A program made the translations under genes and the position numbers. Source: an uncultured Gammaproteobacteria bacterium (GTDB lineage: Bacteria; Patescibacteriota; Patescibacteriia; Magasanikbacterales; GWA2-37-8). From it: a stretch of 64,000 nt of DNA. The notes beneath the pieces were generated by a model. That model made no database searches. It saw only the letters and a program-made list of their open reading frames with translations, and was not told the DNA's origin. Below are positions 9,026 through 19,404 of the stretch, one piece after another (within the stretch, counting starts at the first letter, position 1; each line of letters starts with the position of its first letter). Location of the stretch: the NCBI GenBank assembly GCA_964533715.1, contig CAZHNI010000001.1:5514-69513 (forward strand), written 5' to 3'.

Positions 9026-10825
9026 TTGGATTATATGAATGATACACAAAAAATTAAAGATCGAATTGATTTGGCACAACTTATTGGCGAATATATTCCC
9101 ATTAAAAAAGCCGGGATCAATTGGAAGGCACCATGCCCGTTTCACCATGAAAAAACCCCTTCTTTTATGGTGCATCCCGAGAAACAAATTTGGCATTGTT
9201 TTGGATGTGGCAAGGGAGGGGATGTGTTTACTTTTATACAGGAAATCGAAGGCTTTGATTTTATTGAAGCTTTAAAATTTTTAGCCAAACGAGCGGGGAT
9301 TGAACTTGATTTTAGCAAACAAAGCATGGTTGATTCGAGTTTGCGTAATCGCGTGCAGGATATTAATGTAAAGGCGGCAGCTTTTTTTAATCATATTTTA
9401 ATAAATCACCCAGCCGGAAAAATCGCGCGCGATTATCTTGCAAACCGTGGGGTTACAGCTAGCTCAATTACAAATTGGCAAATTGGTTTTGTACCTGACC
9501 AATGGAATTTGTTAACAAAATATTTTTTAAACAAAGGGGTTGGAATTGATGATTTGGTGGCATCAGGTTTAATAATTAAAAAAGAAGGAGCCGATACTAC
9601 GCGAGGCGTAGGAGTGTATGACCGATTCCGGGGGCGTATTATGTTTCCTATTTGTGATGCCCATGGATCCGTAGTGGGTTTTACCGGGCGTATTTTGGTT
9701 GAAACAGAGAATTCGGGGGGGAAATATGTGAATACACCACAAACGGTGTTGTACGATAAATCCAAAGTTTTATACGGTCTTAACAAGGCTAAAGCTGAAA
9801 TTAAGACAAAAGACTTGGTAGTGTTGGTAGAAGGTCAGATGGATGTGATAGCTTGTCATCAAGCAGGCATGACCAATGTTGTGGCCGCTTCGGGAACCGC
9901 GCTTACTTTTGAACAAGTTAAACTCCTAAAACGTTATACCAATAATGTCGCCATGGCTTTTGATGCTGACGCGGCCGGTCAAAATGCAGGTAAACGTGGA
10001 AGCGAAATTGCTCTTGAAGCCGGAATGCGAGTGCGTGTTATTGAAATCCCTAAGGGGTTTGCCAAAGATGCTGATGAATGCCTTAAAAAGGATCCAGCGG
10101 TGTGGTTTAAGGCTGTGGCGGAGGCATCAGAGCTTATGGAATGGTACTTCAGAACTGTCTGCCGAGAAAAACGAGGTACCACTCCAGTTGAAAAACAAAA
10201 GATTGTTGATGAATTAGCCCCACAAATTGCCCGTATTCCTTATGCAGTTGAACGTGAAAGTTGGCTTAAGCGTTTAGGGGATGAAATTGGAATTGGAGTA
10301 GATGTACTCCGTGCCGAGTTAAAACAAAAACATAAAATATTGCCAAAAAATAATTTTCAGAGTGTCGCGCCAAGTACTTTAGAAAAATTAGAACAGCTTG
10401 ATTCTTTGTGGCAAGAATTTTGGTCTATTTTATTTAAGTTTCCGGGCTGTTACAGGGTCGTTCGCTCTCATTTAAAGCCAATGTTTGCAGAATCGAGCAT
10501 TTTTTCGGGCCTTTACGAGATATGCGAAAAAATGTATAATACTAACCAATCGTTATCTTTAGAAGAACTACGAAATTTGCTTGCTCGTGAAGGAAAGGAA
10601 AATGAAATTGATGTTTTGTTGCTCCGCCCCTATAAAAATGTATCTGAATTAGGACAAAAAGAAGCGGAATTGGAATTAGTCCAATTGGCCGAGCGTATTC
10701 GCGGCGAGTGGCGAAAGAAAAGAGGTCAAGAAATTCAGCGTGGTATTTTAGCAGCCGAACGTTCTGGAAATAAAGACAGTGTGAGTGCACTACTTGTTGA
10801 ACTGGAAAATTTGTCTTTGCAGTAA
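9026..10825 (+). CDS. dnaG: DNA primase
   Basis: CHC2 zinc finger (CPFHHEKTPSFMVHPEKQIWHCFGCGKGGD) and Toprim domain (LVEGQMDVIA...AFDADAAG). Confidence 0.85.
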   Translation: MDYMNDTQKIKDRIDLAQLIGEYIPIKKAGINWKAPCPFHHEKTPSFMVHPEKQIWHCFGCGKGGDVFTFIQEIEGFDFIEALKFLAKRAGIELDFSKQSMVDSSLRNRVQDINVKAAAFFNHILINHPAGKIARDYLANRGVTASSITNWQIGFVPDQWNLLTKYFLNKGVGIDDLVASGLIIKKEGADTTRGVGVYDRFRGRIMFPICDAHGSVVGFTGRILVETENSGGKYVNTPQTVLYDKSKVLYGLNKAKAEIKTKDLVVLVEGQMDVIACHQAGMTNVVAASGTALTFEQVKLLKRYTNNVAMAFDADAAGQNAGKRGSEIALEAGMRVRVIEIPKGFAKDADECLKKDPAVWFKAVAEASELMEWYFRTVCREKRGTTPVEKQKIVDELAPQIARIPYAVERESWLKRLGDEIGIGVDVLRAELKQKHKILPKNNFQSVAPSTLEKLEQLDSLWQEFWSILFKFPGCYRVVRSHLKPMFAESSIFSGLYEICEKMYNTNQSLSLEELRNLLAREGKENEIDVLLLRPYKNVSELGQKEAELELVQLAERIRGEWRKKRGQEIQRGILAAERSGNKDSVSALLVELENLSLQ

Positions 10826-10855
10826 TTTTTTTAGTTACTATTCAATATTTTTTGC

Positions 10856-12151
10856 ATGCCAAAAATACATAAGCGTAAAAAAAATACTGTACATAAAAAG
10901 TCGGCTCCCAAAAAGCCTAAAAAAGCTTTTAAACCAAGCCGCAAGATAACGGCTAAAAAAAGCCATATTTCGGCCCGTCACTCTAAAGCACTCAAAAAAG
11001 CCAAGCATTTTTTTATTTCGAAAAATAAGAAAAATATTCAGCCAGTAGAGGAGGTTGAAGAGCCGACAACAGCCCAATTGTGGGAGCTTGTTAAGAAGGG
11101 GCGTAATCGCGGTTTTATTACGGAAATTGAATTATTGCAGTTTTTACCTCGACCCGAGCATTATTTGGATTTATATGAAGGATTTGTTGAACTTTTAGAA
11201 AAAAATGGTGTTACTGTTGTTGAAACTGCCCCAAGTTTACTTGGTGGAAAAATACAGAATCAAGATGTTTTAAAACAATTTCAAGGAGCACAGCCGGACA
11301 TGGATGTGCCGTTTGATCTTGGCCAAATTTCATCCGATTCAATTCAAATGTATTTGCGTGAAATTGGTAAAATTCCGCTTTTGTCTGGTGAAGAAGAAGT
11401 GGCTCTCGCTAAACGTAAAGAGCGTAACGACAAAGCCGCCGAACGCAAACTCATTGAGGCTAATCTTCGTTTGGTGGTATCAATTGCTAAAAAATTTGTA
11501 GGCAAAACACTATCGCTTCTCGACCTCATTCAAGAAGGAAATATTGGTTTATTCCGGGCGGTTAAAAAGTTTGATTATCGCAAAGGATATAAATTTTCTA
11601 CATATGCCACCTGGTGGATTCGGCAGGCGATAACTCGCGCTTTGGCCGACCAATCACGCACGATTCGTATTCCGGTCCACATGGTAGAAACGATCAATCG
11701 TTTCCAGCAAGTTCAACGTCGTCTCCAGCAAGATTTGGGACGTGACCCAACCCCAGAAGAATTGGCCGCTGAGCTTGGTGAAGAAGTGGATAAAATTTAT
11801 CACATTATTAAAATTTCCCAGGATACCATGTCCTTGGAAGTGCCAATTGGCGATGAGGACGAAGAGACACAGCTATCTGATTTTATTGAGGACGTTAAGA
11901 ATGTGTCTCCAGATCGTTCTGCCGCCCTTCAGATATTGCGAGATTATGTTCAACATGCCATTAAAGACTTAACACCACGTGAACAAAAGATTTTAGAAAT
12001 GCGCTTTGGTTTATCGGATGGAGTAACTCATACACTTGAAGAAGTGGGGCAAGAGTTTGGGGTGACGCGTGAGCGTATTCGGCAGATTGAAGCCAAAGCC
12101 CTTGAGAAAATTCAACAAACCGATATCGTTAGCAAATTGAGAGACTATTAG
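10856..12151 (+). CDS. rpoD: RNA polymerase sigma-70 factor RpoD with a Lys-rich N-terminal extension
   Basis: Regions 1.2-4 are conserved: [11 protein letters not shown], the RpoD box [37 protein letters not shown], and region 4 [21 protein letters not shown]. The first ~60 aa are a KKxxK-rich basic tail. Confidence 0.85.
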   Translation: MPKIHKRKKNTVHKKSAPKKPKKAFKPSRKITAKKSHISARHSKALKKAKHFFISKNKKNIQPVEEVEEPTTAQLWELVKKGRNRGFITEIELLQFLPRPEHYLDLYEGFVELLEKNGVTVVETAPSLLGGKIQNQDVLKQFQGAQPDMDVPFDLGQISSDSIQMYLREIGKIPLLSGEEEVALAKRKERNDKAAERKLIEANLRLVVSIAKKFVGKTLSLLDLIQEGNIGLFRAVKKFDYRKGYKFSTYATWWIRQAITRALADQSRTIRIPVHMVETINRFQQVQRRLQQDLGRDPTPEELAAELGEEVDKIYHIIKISQDTMSLEVPIGDEDEETQLSDFIEDVKNVSPDRSAALQILRDYVQHAIKDLTPREQKILEMRFGLSDGVTHTLEEVGQEFGVTRERIRQIEAKALEKIQQTDIVSKLRDY

Positions 12152-12210
12152 TAGAAGTATTTGATTTTGGACGATCTGCTTTTCCAGGTAGAAATTGCGT
12201 GGTGTGATTT

Positions 12211-13293
12211 TTGCTAAATCATATGAAAATTGTTTTTTCCGGGGGCGGAACACTGGGGCCTGTTACCCCACTTTTAGCAATTTATGAAGCATTATTAGCG
12301 GCGTATCCAGATGCACATTTTGTTTGGGTTGGAACTAAAAATGGACCAGAGAAAGAAATAGTAGAAAAAGTTGGTATATCTTTTTTTACAATTGGGGCAG
12401 GAAAATGGCGTCGCTATATTTCATTTTGGAACATCACTGACCTTATAAAAATTGGCATTGCTTTCTGGCAGTCATTTTTTTTTATTATTAAAGAGCGGCC
12501 GGATATTTTAATTTCGGCTGGTGGTTTTGTTAGCGTTCCTTTACATCTAGCGGGTGCGTGTCTGGGTGTACCTTCGTGGGTACACCAACAAGATATCTAT
12601 CCCGGTTTAGCAAACAAACTTATGTTTCCGTTTGCTAAAAGAATAACTACTGCCCTTAAAGAAACCGCCATTTTGCTCAAAAAAAAACGAGCCGAGTGGA
12701 TTGGGAACCCGTCGCGAGATCTTTCGGTTGTTTCCAGGGATGATTCAAGAAAGAGGCTCGGCATTCCGCCGGGTGTACCGGTTATTTTTGCACTGGGTGG
12801 TGGTACCGGATCTACGAGCATTAATAATATTGTTATTGAGGCGCTTCCGCATTGGCCTCGTGATTGGCATATTATTCATCTGGTGGGGAAAGAACGTCCG
12901 CAGGATTTTGCTAAACGCGCAATGGACACTTTTTCCAATTATCACGTTTATCCTTTTTTTATAGACGAGATGAAAGACGCGTACGCCGCCTCTACCGTAG
13001 TAATTTCTCGAGCAGGTTTTGGAACGTTAACCGAACTAGCGGCACTGTCAAAACCCGCAGTTATTTTGCCGATGTTTGATACGCATCAGGAAGATAATGC
13101 TAGATATTTTTTTGAGCGTGGTGGCATTGTTATGCTTGAGAAAGGCGAGAGTAACGGTTTAAAATTAGCGCATATTATTTCAGAAATTATGTATAATACA
13201 CATATGAGAGATAATTTAGGCCGAACGCTTCATGCTATTTTGCCAATTGTCTCGCGGGAAAAAATTGTGGCTATTTTTGATAGCATTGTATAG
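12211..13293 (+). CDS. murG: undecaprenyl-PP-MurNAc-pentapeptide-UDP-GlcNAc GlcNAc transferase MurG
   Basis: GT28 architecture: N-terminal GGT-loop (FSGGGTLGPVTP), HEQN-equivalent (VHQQD), and a C-terminal nucleotide-binding half (ALGGGTGS...FDTHQEDNA). Confidence 0.7.
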   Translation: MLNHMKIVFSGGGTLGPVTPLLAIYEALLAAYPDAHFVWVGTKNGPEKEIVEKVGISFFTIGAGKWRRYISFWNITDLIKIGIAFWQSFFFIIKERPDILISAGGFVSVPLHLAGACLGVPSWVHQQDIYPGLANKLMFPFAKRITTALKETAILLKKKRAEWIGNPSRDLSVVSRDDSRKRLGIPPGVPVIFALGGGTGSTSINNIVIEALPHWPRDWHIIHLVGKERPQDFAKRAMDTFSNYHVYPFFIDEMKDAYAASTVVISRAGFGTLTELAALSKPAVILPMFDTHQEDNARYFFERGGIVMLEKGESNGLKLAHIISEIMYNTHMRDNLGRTLHAILPIVSREKIVAIFDSIV

Positions 13294-13296
13294 AGT

Positions 13297-13905
13297 TTGT
13301 TTTTTATGGAAGCAACTATTTTTTCAATCTTTACTTGGATTTCTCCGTTTAAATATTTTTTATTATTTGCTCTAGCTGTTATAGAAGGCCCATTTACCAT
13401 GACCATATCTGGTTTTTTGCTCAGACTCGGTTATATTGGATTCGTTCCTACATATGCTGTTTTAGTGACCGGTGATTTATTGGGGGACACTATGTGGTAC
13501 ACATTGGGGTATTATTGGGCTCGTCCTTTTATTAATCGTTTTGGAAAATATTTTGGAATAACTGATTCTCTTATTAAAAAAACTGAAAATTTGTTTGGAA
13601 GTCATCAATCCAAGATTATTTTTTTTTCTAAAATTACCATGGGATTTGGTTTTGCTCTTTTAGTGCTTATGACCGCTGGCATGATTCGAATTAAACTTAA
13701 AAAATTTATTGCTATGAATGCTCTAGGCGAATTAATCTGGCTGTCGACTCTTCTTTCAGTTGGATATTTTTTTGGCACTATGTACATTACTGTTAATCAA
13801 GATATTCGAATTATTTCGCTTGTTGCCGGTGGGGTATTTTTTGCTTTGTGCCTTTTTCAATTTGCGCGTTATATTCGAGGTCGAGTTTTTTCTAATAAAA
13901 TATGA
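13297..13905 (+). CDS. DedA/SNARE-associated family membrane protein
   Basis: Multi-pass membrane protein with a DedA-like topology and size. Confidence 0.45.
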   Translation: MFFMEATIFSIFTWISPFKYFLLFALAVIEGPFTMTISGFLLRLGYIGFVPTYAVLVTGDLLGDTMWYTLGYYWARPFINRFGKYFGITDSLIKKTENLFGSHQSKIIFFSKITMGFGFALLVLMTAGMIRIKLKKFIAMNALGELIWLSTLLSVGYFFGTMYITVNQDIRIISLVAGGVFFALCLFQFARYIRGRVFSNKI

Positions 13906-14627
13906 TCTCTATAATTATTCCTACTCTTAATGAGGAGTCTACAATTGAGCACTTGTTGCTACAGTTGCGCCAGGGAATGGGGAATTTAGAGTATGAAATT
14001 ATTGTTTCTGATGGTAACAGCAAAGACAAAACAGTTATTAAAGCAAAGTCATTGGCCGACACTGTTCTTGTTCACACTTTGCCACATCGGCAAACTATTG
14101 CCCAAGCAAAAAATTATGGCGCCGCTCACGCTCATGGTAATTTTTTTGTTTTTATGGATGCCGATACAAGTATAGAAAATGCAAATATTTTTTTTAATAA
14201 AGCGCTTGCTGTTTTTAAAAATTTTCCAGCTATAAATGCACTCACGGCTTCCTTAAGAGTTAAACCAGAATTGGCCACGAGGCGGGACATATTTTTTTCG
14301 GCGGTAGTTAATTTTGTTCATTGGATTCTCAATAATGTTTTTGGTTTTGGTAGTGGTTCGGGCGAATTTCAAATGGTACGGGCCGAAAGTTTTAAGGCAG
14401 TTGGTGGGTATCGTGAAGATTTAGCAGTAACCGAAGACAATGACTTGTTTTGGCGTCTTGCCAAACATGGTAAAACCTATTATGATGGTTCGTTAGTAGT
14501 GTTCCACAGTGGACGACGAGCGCATAAGATGGGTTGGCTTCGGCTTTTATTTTTATGGTTTATTAATGGTTTTACCGTTCTTATTTTTAAACGATCGGTT
14601 AGCAGTGAGTGGAAACCAATTAGATAA
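13902..14627 (+). CDS. glycosyltransferase family 2
   Basis: IIIPTLNEE start, DGNSKD, and DAD (DxD) motif, typical of GT-A/GT2. Confidence 0.6.
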   Translation: MISIIIPTLNEESTIEHLLLQLRQGMGNLEYEIIVSDGNSKDKTVIKAKSLADTVLVHTLPHRQTIAQAKNYGAAHAHGNFFVFMDADTSIENANIFFNKALAVFKNFPAINALTASLRVKPELATRRDIFFSAVVNFVHWILNNVFGFGSGSGEFQMVRAESFKAVGGYREDLAVTEDNDLFWRLAKHGKTYYDGSLVVFHSGRRAHKMGWLRLLFLWFINGFTVLIFKRSVSSEWKPIR

Positions 14628-14632
14628 AAAAT

Positions 14633-15391
14633 ATGAAAGTAAGCTTTGTAATTCCAGCTTTTAATGAAGAAAAATATATTGGTAAATGTTTGGATTCAAT
14701 TACGCCTCTCCTTAATAGTAAGTCCATTGATTGTGAAGTGATTGTGGTTAACAACGCGAGTACCGACAAAACTCGCGATGTTGTGTTGCAATACCCCGTT
14801 ACATTAGTTGACGAACCTCAAAAAGGACTGGCACGAGCCCGTCAAGCTGGTTTTATGGTGGCTAAGGGCGATCTTATTGCCAATGTGGATGCTGACACTG
14901 TTTTAACGTCCGAGTGGATAAAAACAGTTTTGGAAACGTTTGATAGTAATAGAGATTTAGTGGCTTTAAGCGGACCGCAGATTTTTTATGACGTTCCAAA
15001 GAGTGTAAATTATTGGGCTTTTATTTTTTATGGTATCAGTTGGTTTACACACCTTGCTAATAGGTTTTTTTGGCACACTGGTTCAGTGTTGCAAGGTGGA
15101 AATTTTGTTGTTCGACGGTCGGCACTGGAAAAAATAGGCGGTTTTAATCCACAGTTTACTTTTTATGGAGAGGATGCCGACGTGGCGCGGCGTTTAAATA
15201 AGGTGGGGGAGGTACAATTTACTTTTAAGCTTCCAATTTATGCTTCCGGCAGGCGCGTTATGAAAGAAGGTAAATTTACCATGGCAGGCCGATATTTTGT
15301 AAATTATGTATGGACAAATTTATTTAAAAAACCATTTACTACAAAATCAGAAGATATTCGTGTAGAGACTAAAGTGGGTACGAAATTTTAA
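14633..15391 (+). CDS. glycosyltransferase family 2
   Basis: VIPAFNEE, VVNNASTD and DADT motifs of GT2; tandem with the previous GT2 gene. Confidence 0.6.
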   Translation: MKVSFVIPAFNEEKYIGKCLDSITPLLNSKSIDCEVIVVNNASTDKTRDVVLQYPVTLVDEPQKGLARARQAGFMVAKGDLIANVDADTVLTSEWIKTVLETFDSNRDLVALSGPQIFYDVPKSVNYWAFIFYGISWFTHLANRFFWHTGSVLQGGNFVVRRSALEKIGGFNPQFTFYGEDADVARRLNKVGEVQFTFKLPIYASGRRVMKEGKFTMAGRYFVNYVWTNLFKKPFTTKSEDIRVETKVGTKF

Positions 15392-15430
15392 TATATTGTA
15401 AATTTGTTTTTTTCTTCTTACTTAAAATAA

Positions 15431-15458
15431 AATGCCGCCTTACGGCGGACATTTATTG
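15431..15458 (+). terminator. rho-independent terminator-like hairpin after the GT2 genes
   Basis: GCCGCC-ttac-GGCGG stem-loop followed by a TTTATT run. Confidence 0.4.
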
Positions 15459-15649
15459 GTGGGTCGGCCGGGGATCGGCTTCACCTCTCGTTCGCTTCCG
15501 CTCACTCGGGTTAGCCACCGCCTCGCCGTCGCGCTCACCACAAAACTCGCGCGACATGGCTCCGGCGTTCGATCCCAGCATGCGACCAAAACTATTTGGT
15601 CGCTCTTCCCACAAAACAAAAAACTCCTCATCGGAGTTATTTTGTTTTG

Positions 15650-15722
15650 TGGGTCGGCCGGGGATCGAACCCGGGACCTTATCCTTAAAAGGGATCTGCT
15701 CTACCAGCTGAGCTACCGACCC
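15650..15722 (-). tRNA. tRNA-Lys (anticodon TTT)
   Basis: Reverse complement gives GGGTCGG acceptor, D-arm GCTC-AGCTGGTA-GAGC, anticodon loop CTTTTAA, T-arm CCGGG-TTCGATC-CCCGG and acceptor CCGACCC+A. There is one G-A mismatch at the top of the anticodon stem. Confidence 0.7.
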
Positions 15723-15908
15723 AAAAGTATTTGTTTTTGGGCTATCCCGATTTTGCGTCGTAGCAAAATCGAGGATCCGCGATTCAGCCGAAACTGAATC
15801 GGGACCGACCAAATTATAGACTTTTGACCATTTACATGATACACTAACTCAATAAACAAATCAAGAGGTTATTCACATTCTTGGTTATTTTGTGTTAATT
15901 TTATACTT

Positions 15909-16481
15909 ATGCTTAGCAAAAAATATTTTGCAAAACTTAGAACAGAATTGCTCAGTTACGCCGAAAAACGTCGTGAGGTGATTAAGGTGGCAGGGGACGC
16001 TCAGCATCATGCCAAACGAGCTATTTTTGCCCTCCAGCGTGGTGGAGTAAAAGACGCTAAAGAATCACTTGATGCCGCCGAAATGCTTTTACTCACTCTT
16101 CGTAAAAAATTTAATAAAGACCAAGCCTTGTTTGACGAAGGGTCATTCCGTGCGGCGCTTGAAGAATACACTGAGGCTTTTTTGTTTCGGCAGTTTTTAG
16201 ATGGTTCACAGCTTGGCGAAATTGACATTTTGCCTATTGACTCTGATATTTATATTGGTGGTTTGGCCGATGTACCTGGCGAAATTGTTCGGTATGCTAT
16301 GAAATCCGCTACCGAACGTAATTTTGCCGAGGTAAAAAGAGCATACGGGGTGGCCGAAGAAATTATTGGCGAAATGATAACAATGGATTTAACCGGTTAT
16401 AACCGTCAAAAGTTTGATCAAGCTAAACAAGCTTTAGGAAAATTACAACAAATTGTGTACGAAATAAGTTTAAAAAATTAA
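15909..16481 (+). CDS. hypothetical alpha-helical protein
   Basis: ORF with a coding-like composition; no family confidently recognised (weak translin-like impression only). Confidence 0.35.
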   Translation: MLSKKYFAKLRTELLSYAEKRREVIKVAGDAQHHAKRAIFALQRGGVKDAKESLDAAEMLLLTLRKKFNKDQALFDEGSFRAALEEYTEAFLFRQFLDGSQLGEIDILPIDSDIYIGGLADVPGEIVRYAMKSATERNFAEVKRAYGVAEEIIGEMITMDLTGYNRQKFDQAKQALGKLQQIVYEISLKN

Positions 16482-16496
16482 CATAATAACCGCTTT

Positions 16497-17816
16497 GTGT
16501 TGCTACAAAAATTAAAATCACTCCGCCATCTTTTTTTAGCATGGCTTATGTATTGGCGCTACGGGCGACCAGCGCGAAATCTTATTGTTATAGGGGTTAC
16601 GGGAACCAAAGGTAAATCAACGACCTGTCGTCTTATTGCTTCAGTTCTGGAAGCGGGAGGAAATAAAGTGGGCATGCTCACAACGGTTGAATTTCAGATT
16701 GCAGAAAAACGCTGGATGAACGATCGGAAAATGACTATGCTCGGCCGTGGTGAAATTCAAAAAATGTTACGCGATATGGTGCGCGCCGGGTGCCGCTACG
16801 CAGTTGTTGAAACTTCTTCGGAAGGTATTTTACAATATCGCCATTACGGCTTGCATTATGATGTGGCAGTTTTTACTAATCTTGGAACGGAACATTCCGA
16901 ACGGCATGGTGGTTTTGAAAATTTAAAAAAAGATAAAGGAAAATTATTTCGAGCTTTACAGTACTATCCAAAAAAACAAATTGGTGGAAAAGTAATTGAA
17001 AAAAGTATTGTCGCAAATACCGATGACCCTTCAGCAGATTATTTTTTACAATTTCCGGCCGATACAAAAATCGGTTATTGTTTAAAAAATGGGCAGGGAG
17101 TTTCTGGCGTACGGAGTGAATGTGGGAAAATTATTTCTGTTCTGGAACGACAAACCATATTTCAGTCTAATGGTGAAAATTATACTCTTAATATTCCTGG
17201 TGAATTTAATGTCTATAATGCGCTGGCTGCCATTTCCGTTGGAAAGTTATTTGGCCTTAGCCAGGAGCAAATTGGCACCGGTTTAAAAAATGTCTCAAAT
17301 GTTGCAGGAAGAATGGAATTTGTTGAAGTTGGGCAACCGTTTAAAGCAATTGTAGATTACGCGCACGAACCGCTTAGCCTAACAGCTCTTTTTACAACAC
17401 TCCGCCAAATGGTTAAACCGAACAATGGTAAAATAATTTCAGTTATTGGATCTGATGGGGGTGGAAGAGATGTTAAAAAAAGAAGTAAAATGGGGGCAAT
17501 TGCCGGGCAGCTTTGCGATTATGTTGTAATTAGTGATGTAAATTGTTTTGATGAAGATCCAAAAAATATTGCTGAGATGTTGGCGAGTGGTGCCAGAGAA
17601 TTTGGTAAAAAAGATGGTGTTAATTTGTTTGTGGTAGTTGATAGGAGGGCAGGGTTTGCTAAAGCTGTTTCTTTGGCCCGTCCGGGGGATGTTGTGGTGG
17701 TAACTGCCAAGGGCACTGAGCCGGTTTTGTGTATTGCCAATGGCGTAAAAATTCCATGGGATGATAGAAAAGTTCTTAAAGAAGAGCTTCTCAAATTGTC
17801 TAAAAGAAGTAGTTAA
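16497..17816 (+). CDS. Mur ligase family protein (MurE/MurT-like central and C-terminal domains)
   Basis: P-loop VIGVTGTKGKSTT, a TNLGTEH motif, and a C-terminal Mur ligase domain. It lacks the typical MurE N-terminal domain, so the substrate is unclear. Confidence 0.55.
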   Translation: MLLQKLKSLRHLFLAWLMYWRYGRPARNLIVIGVTGTKGKSTTCRLIASVLEAGGNKVGMLTTVEFQIAEKRWMNDRKMTMLGRGEIQKMLRDMVRAGCRYAVVETSSEGILQYRHYGLHYDVAVFTNLGTEHSERHGGFENLKKDKGKLFRALQYYPKKQIGGKVIEKSIVANTDDPSADYFLQFPADTKIGYCLKNGQGVSGVRSECGKIISVLERQTIFQSNGENYTLNIPGEFNVYNALAAISVGKLFGLSQEQIGTGLKNVSNVAGRMEFVEVGQPFKAIVDYAHEPLSLTALFTTLRQMVKPNNGKIISVIGSDGGGRDVKKRSKMGAIAGQLCDYVVISDVNCFDEDPKNIAEMLASGAREFGKKDGVNLFVVVDRRAGFAKAVSLARPGDVVVVTAKGTEPVLCIANGVKIPWDDRKVLKEELLKLSKRSS

Positions 17817-17819
17817 TAT

Positions 17820-18242
17820 ATGCGGGCTTACCCAGACCGTAATGGTAAAAGTTTTTTTGGATCGCAATTATTTGTGGTTATTGGCGCAGCCGTTTGTCTT
17901 TTATTGTTAATTGCAGTAAGTCGCACTTATTATCAAAATTATCGAATTAAGATGGAAATTGCAGATTTAAAAAGTGAAGCCGAAAAATTACAGGGCAAAC
18001 GTCTGCAAACTCTTGAAACTTTACAGTATGTTGAATCCCAAGCCTTTGTTGAAGAAAAAGCCAGAACTGAGCTGAATTTACAAAAAAATGGAGAACAAAC
18101 AGCGATTATTTCCCGCACTAATTCTTTAAATTCAGAATATTCTCATAGACAGGAAAATGTCTCTGTGGTAGAATCAGAAACGATGAGCAATATTAAAAAA
18201 TGGTGGCAATATTTTTTTAATCATCAAGTACAAAATAATTAA
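17820..18242 (+). CDS. FtsB/DivIC-like septum formation initiator (TM plus coiled coil)
   Basis: Single N-terminal TM helix followed by a heptad-repeat coiled coil (IKMEIADLKSEAEKLQGKRLQTLE). Confidence 0.4.
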   Translation: MRAYPDRNGKSFFGSQLFVVIGAAVCLLLLIAVSRTYYQNYRIKMEIADLKSEAEKLQGKRLQTLETLQYVESQAFVEEKARTELNLQKNGEQTAIISRTNSLNSEYSHRQENVSVVESETMSNIKKWWQYFFNHQVQNN

Positions 18243-18262
18243 TTTTTTAAAATTATTTTTCT

Positions 18263-19285
18263 ATGGCACAATTGGAAATGTCAGACGTGAGCGAAAAGGC
18301 TCGCCCGGCCAAAGCTAACAAAAATGTCAAATTGTTTGCTGTTGGTTTTGGTGGGTTTTTGGTAGCAGTTTTAATTTTATTTTTTGGTATTGGAATATAT
18401 AGGGCATACGCCAAAACGGCTACTGATATATGGACCGTGACTGCCGCAAAAATTTTGCGTCTTCCAGCAGCGAGTGTTAATGGGCAGCGTATTTTGTATT
18501 CGGATTACGTTGATGATTTACACGCCATTGGAGTTTTGCGAGAGTATACAAAATCTAATGGGGGCGGGGCAGCAGCCTCATTTACCGACGAGCAAATGTC
18601 CGATCAAGTTTTATTTCGTTTAGTTAATAATGTGCTTCTTCAAAATGAGGCTCGTAAATATTCCGTTACCGTTGATGATAAGGATGTTGACCAGCTTAAA
18701 ACACAAATAATGCAGCAATTTAAAACAACCGGCGATATTGACTCAGAATTGGAAAAACGCTATGGATGGAATTTTGCAACCTATGAACGTAAAGTAATGC
18801 GGCCATTTTTACTTCAATCTAAATTATCAGATAAAATTCAAACTGATGAAACTAAACGCCAGGCGATTCGTGAAAAAGCCGAAGTGGTTCTTAAACAGCT
18901 TAAAGCCGGGGCTGATTTTGCACAGTTGGCTGAGCAGTATGGTAGTGATGGCACTGCTGCCAAGGGCGGTGATTTAGGTTGGTTTAAGAAAGGGGACATG
19001 GTGCCTCAATTTGAGGCGGCAGCTTTTGCTCTTAAAAAAGGAGAATTGAGTCCGGATTTAGTAGAATCTCCTTACGGTTACCACATTATTCGAGTAGATG
19101 ACCGTCGTGTGACTACAGCAAAAGACGCGCAGGGTAAATCAACCACCCAGGAAGAGGTTAAGGCTCGTCATATATTATTCTCATTTCCTTCAGTTAATGA
19201 TGAGCTGGATACTATACTTAAACAAGCGCTTGTAAAAGTGTATCTTAAAGTCCACAATCCATTCACCAGCTTGAATACAAAATAA
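18263..19285 (+). CDS. parvulin-type peptidyl-prolyl cis-trans isomerase (PpiC/PrsA/SurA-like), membrane anchored
   Basis: N-terminal TM helix, chaperone-like domain, and a parvulin domain (GGDLGWFKKGDMVPQFEAAAFALKKGELS...SPYGYHII). Confidence 0.65.
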   Translation: MAQLEMSDVSEKARPAKANKNVKLFAVGFGGFLVAVLILFFGIGIYRAYAKTATDIWTVTAAKILRLPAASVNGQRILYSDYVDDLHAIGVLREYTKSNGGGAAASFTDEQMSDQVLFRLVNNVLLQNEARKYSVTVDDKDVDQLKTQIMQQFKTTGDIDSELEKRYGWNFATYERKVMRPFLLQSKLSDKIQTDETKRQAIREKAEVVLKQLKAGADFAQLAEQYGSDGTAAKGGDLGWFKKGDMVPQFEAAAFALKKGELSPDLVESPYGYHIIRVDDRRVTTAKDAQGKSTTQEEVKARHILFSFPSVNDELDTILKQALVKVYLKVHNPFTSLNTK

Positions 19286-19300
19286 TTTTGTGTTAGCATA

Positions 19301-19330
19301 GAACAGGCCATAAGCCTGTTCTTTTGTTTT
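19301..19330 (+). terminator. rho-independent terminator after the PPIase gene
   Basis: GAACAGGC-cataa-GCCTGTTC perfect hairpin followed by TTTTGTTTT. Confidence 0.6.
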
Positions 19331-19404
19331 GCGGGTATACTAAGTTATATCCGCGGCGTTCAGAAAAAAATGCTCGAGAGAGCTCGGCATTTTATTCTTC
19401 ACTT

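Noticed and set aside
15470-15605. Second, degenerate tRNA between the two 19-bp repeats (GGCTCCGGCGTTCGATCCC ... GCGACCA)
   Set aside because: A TTCGATC T-loop-like string and a CCA-like end are present, but no consistent acceptor, D or anticodon arms could be folded. It is treated as an insertion or remnant segment instead.
15432-15812. ORFs 15432..15797 (+), 15440..15631 (-) and 15453..15812 (-)
   Set aside because: They cover tRNA-Lys, its flanking hairpins and the duplicated tRNA 3' end. The region is GC-rich structural RNA/DNA with no coding signal.
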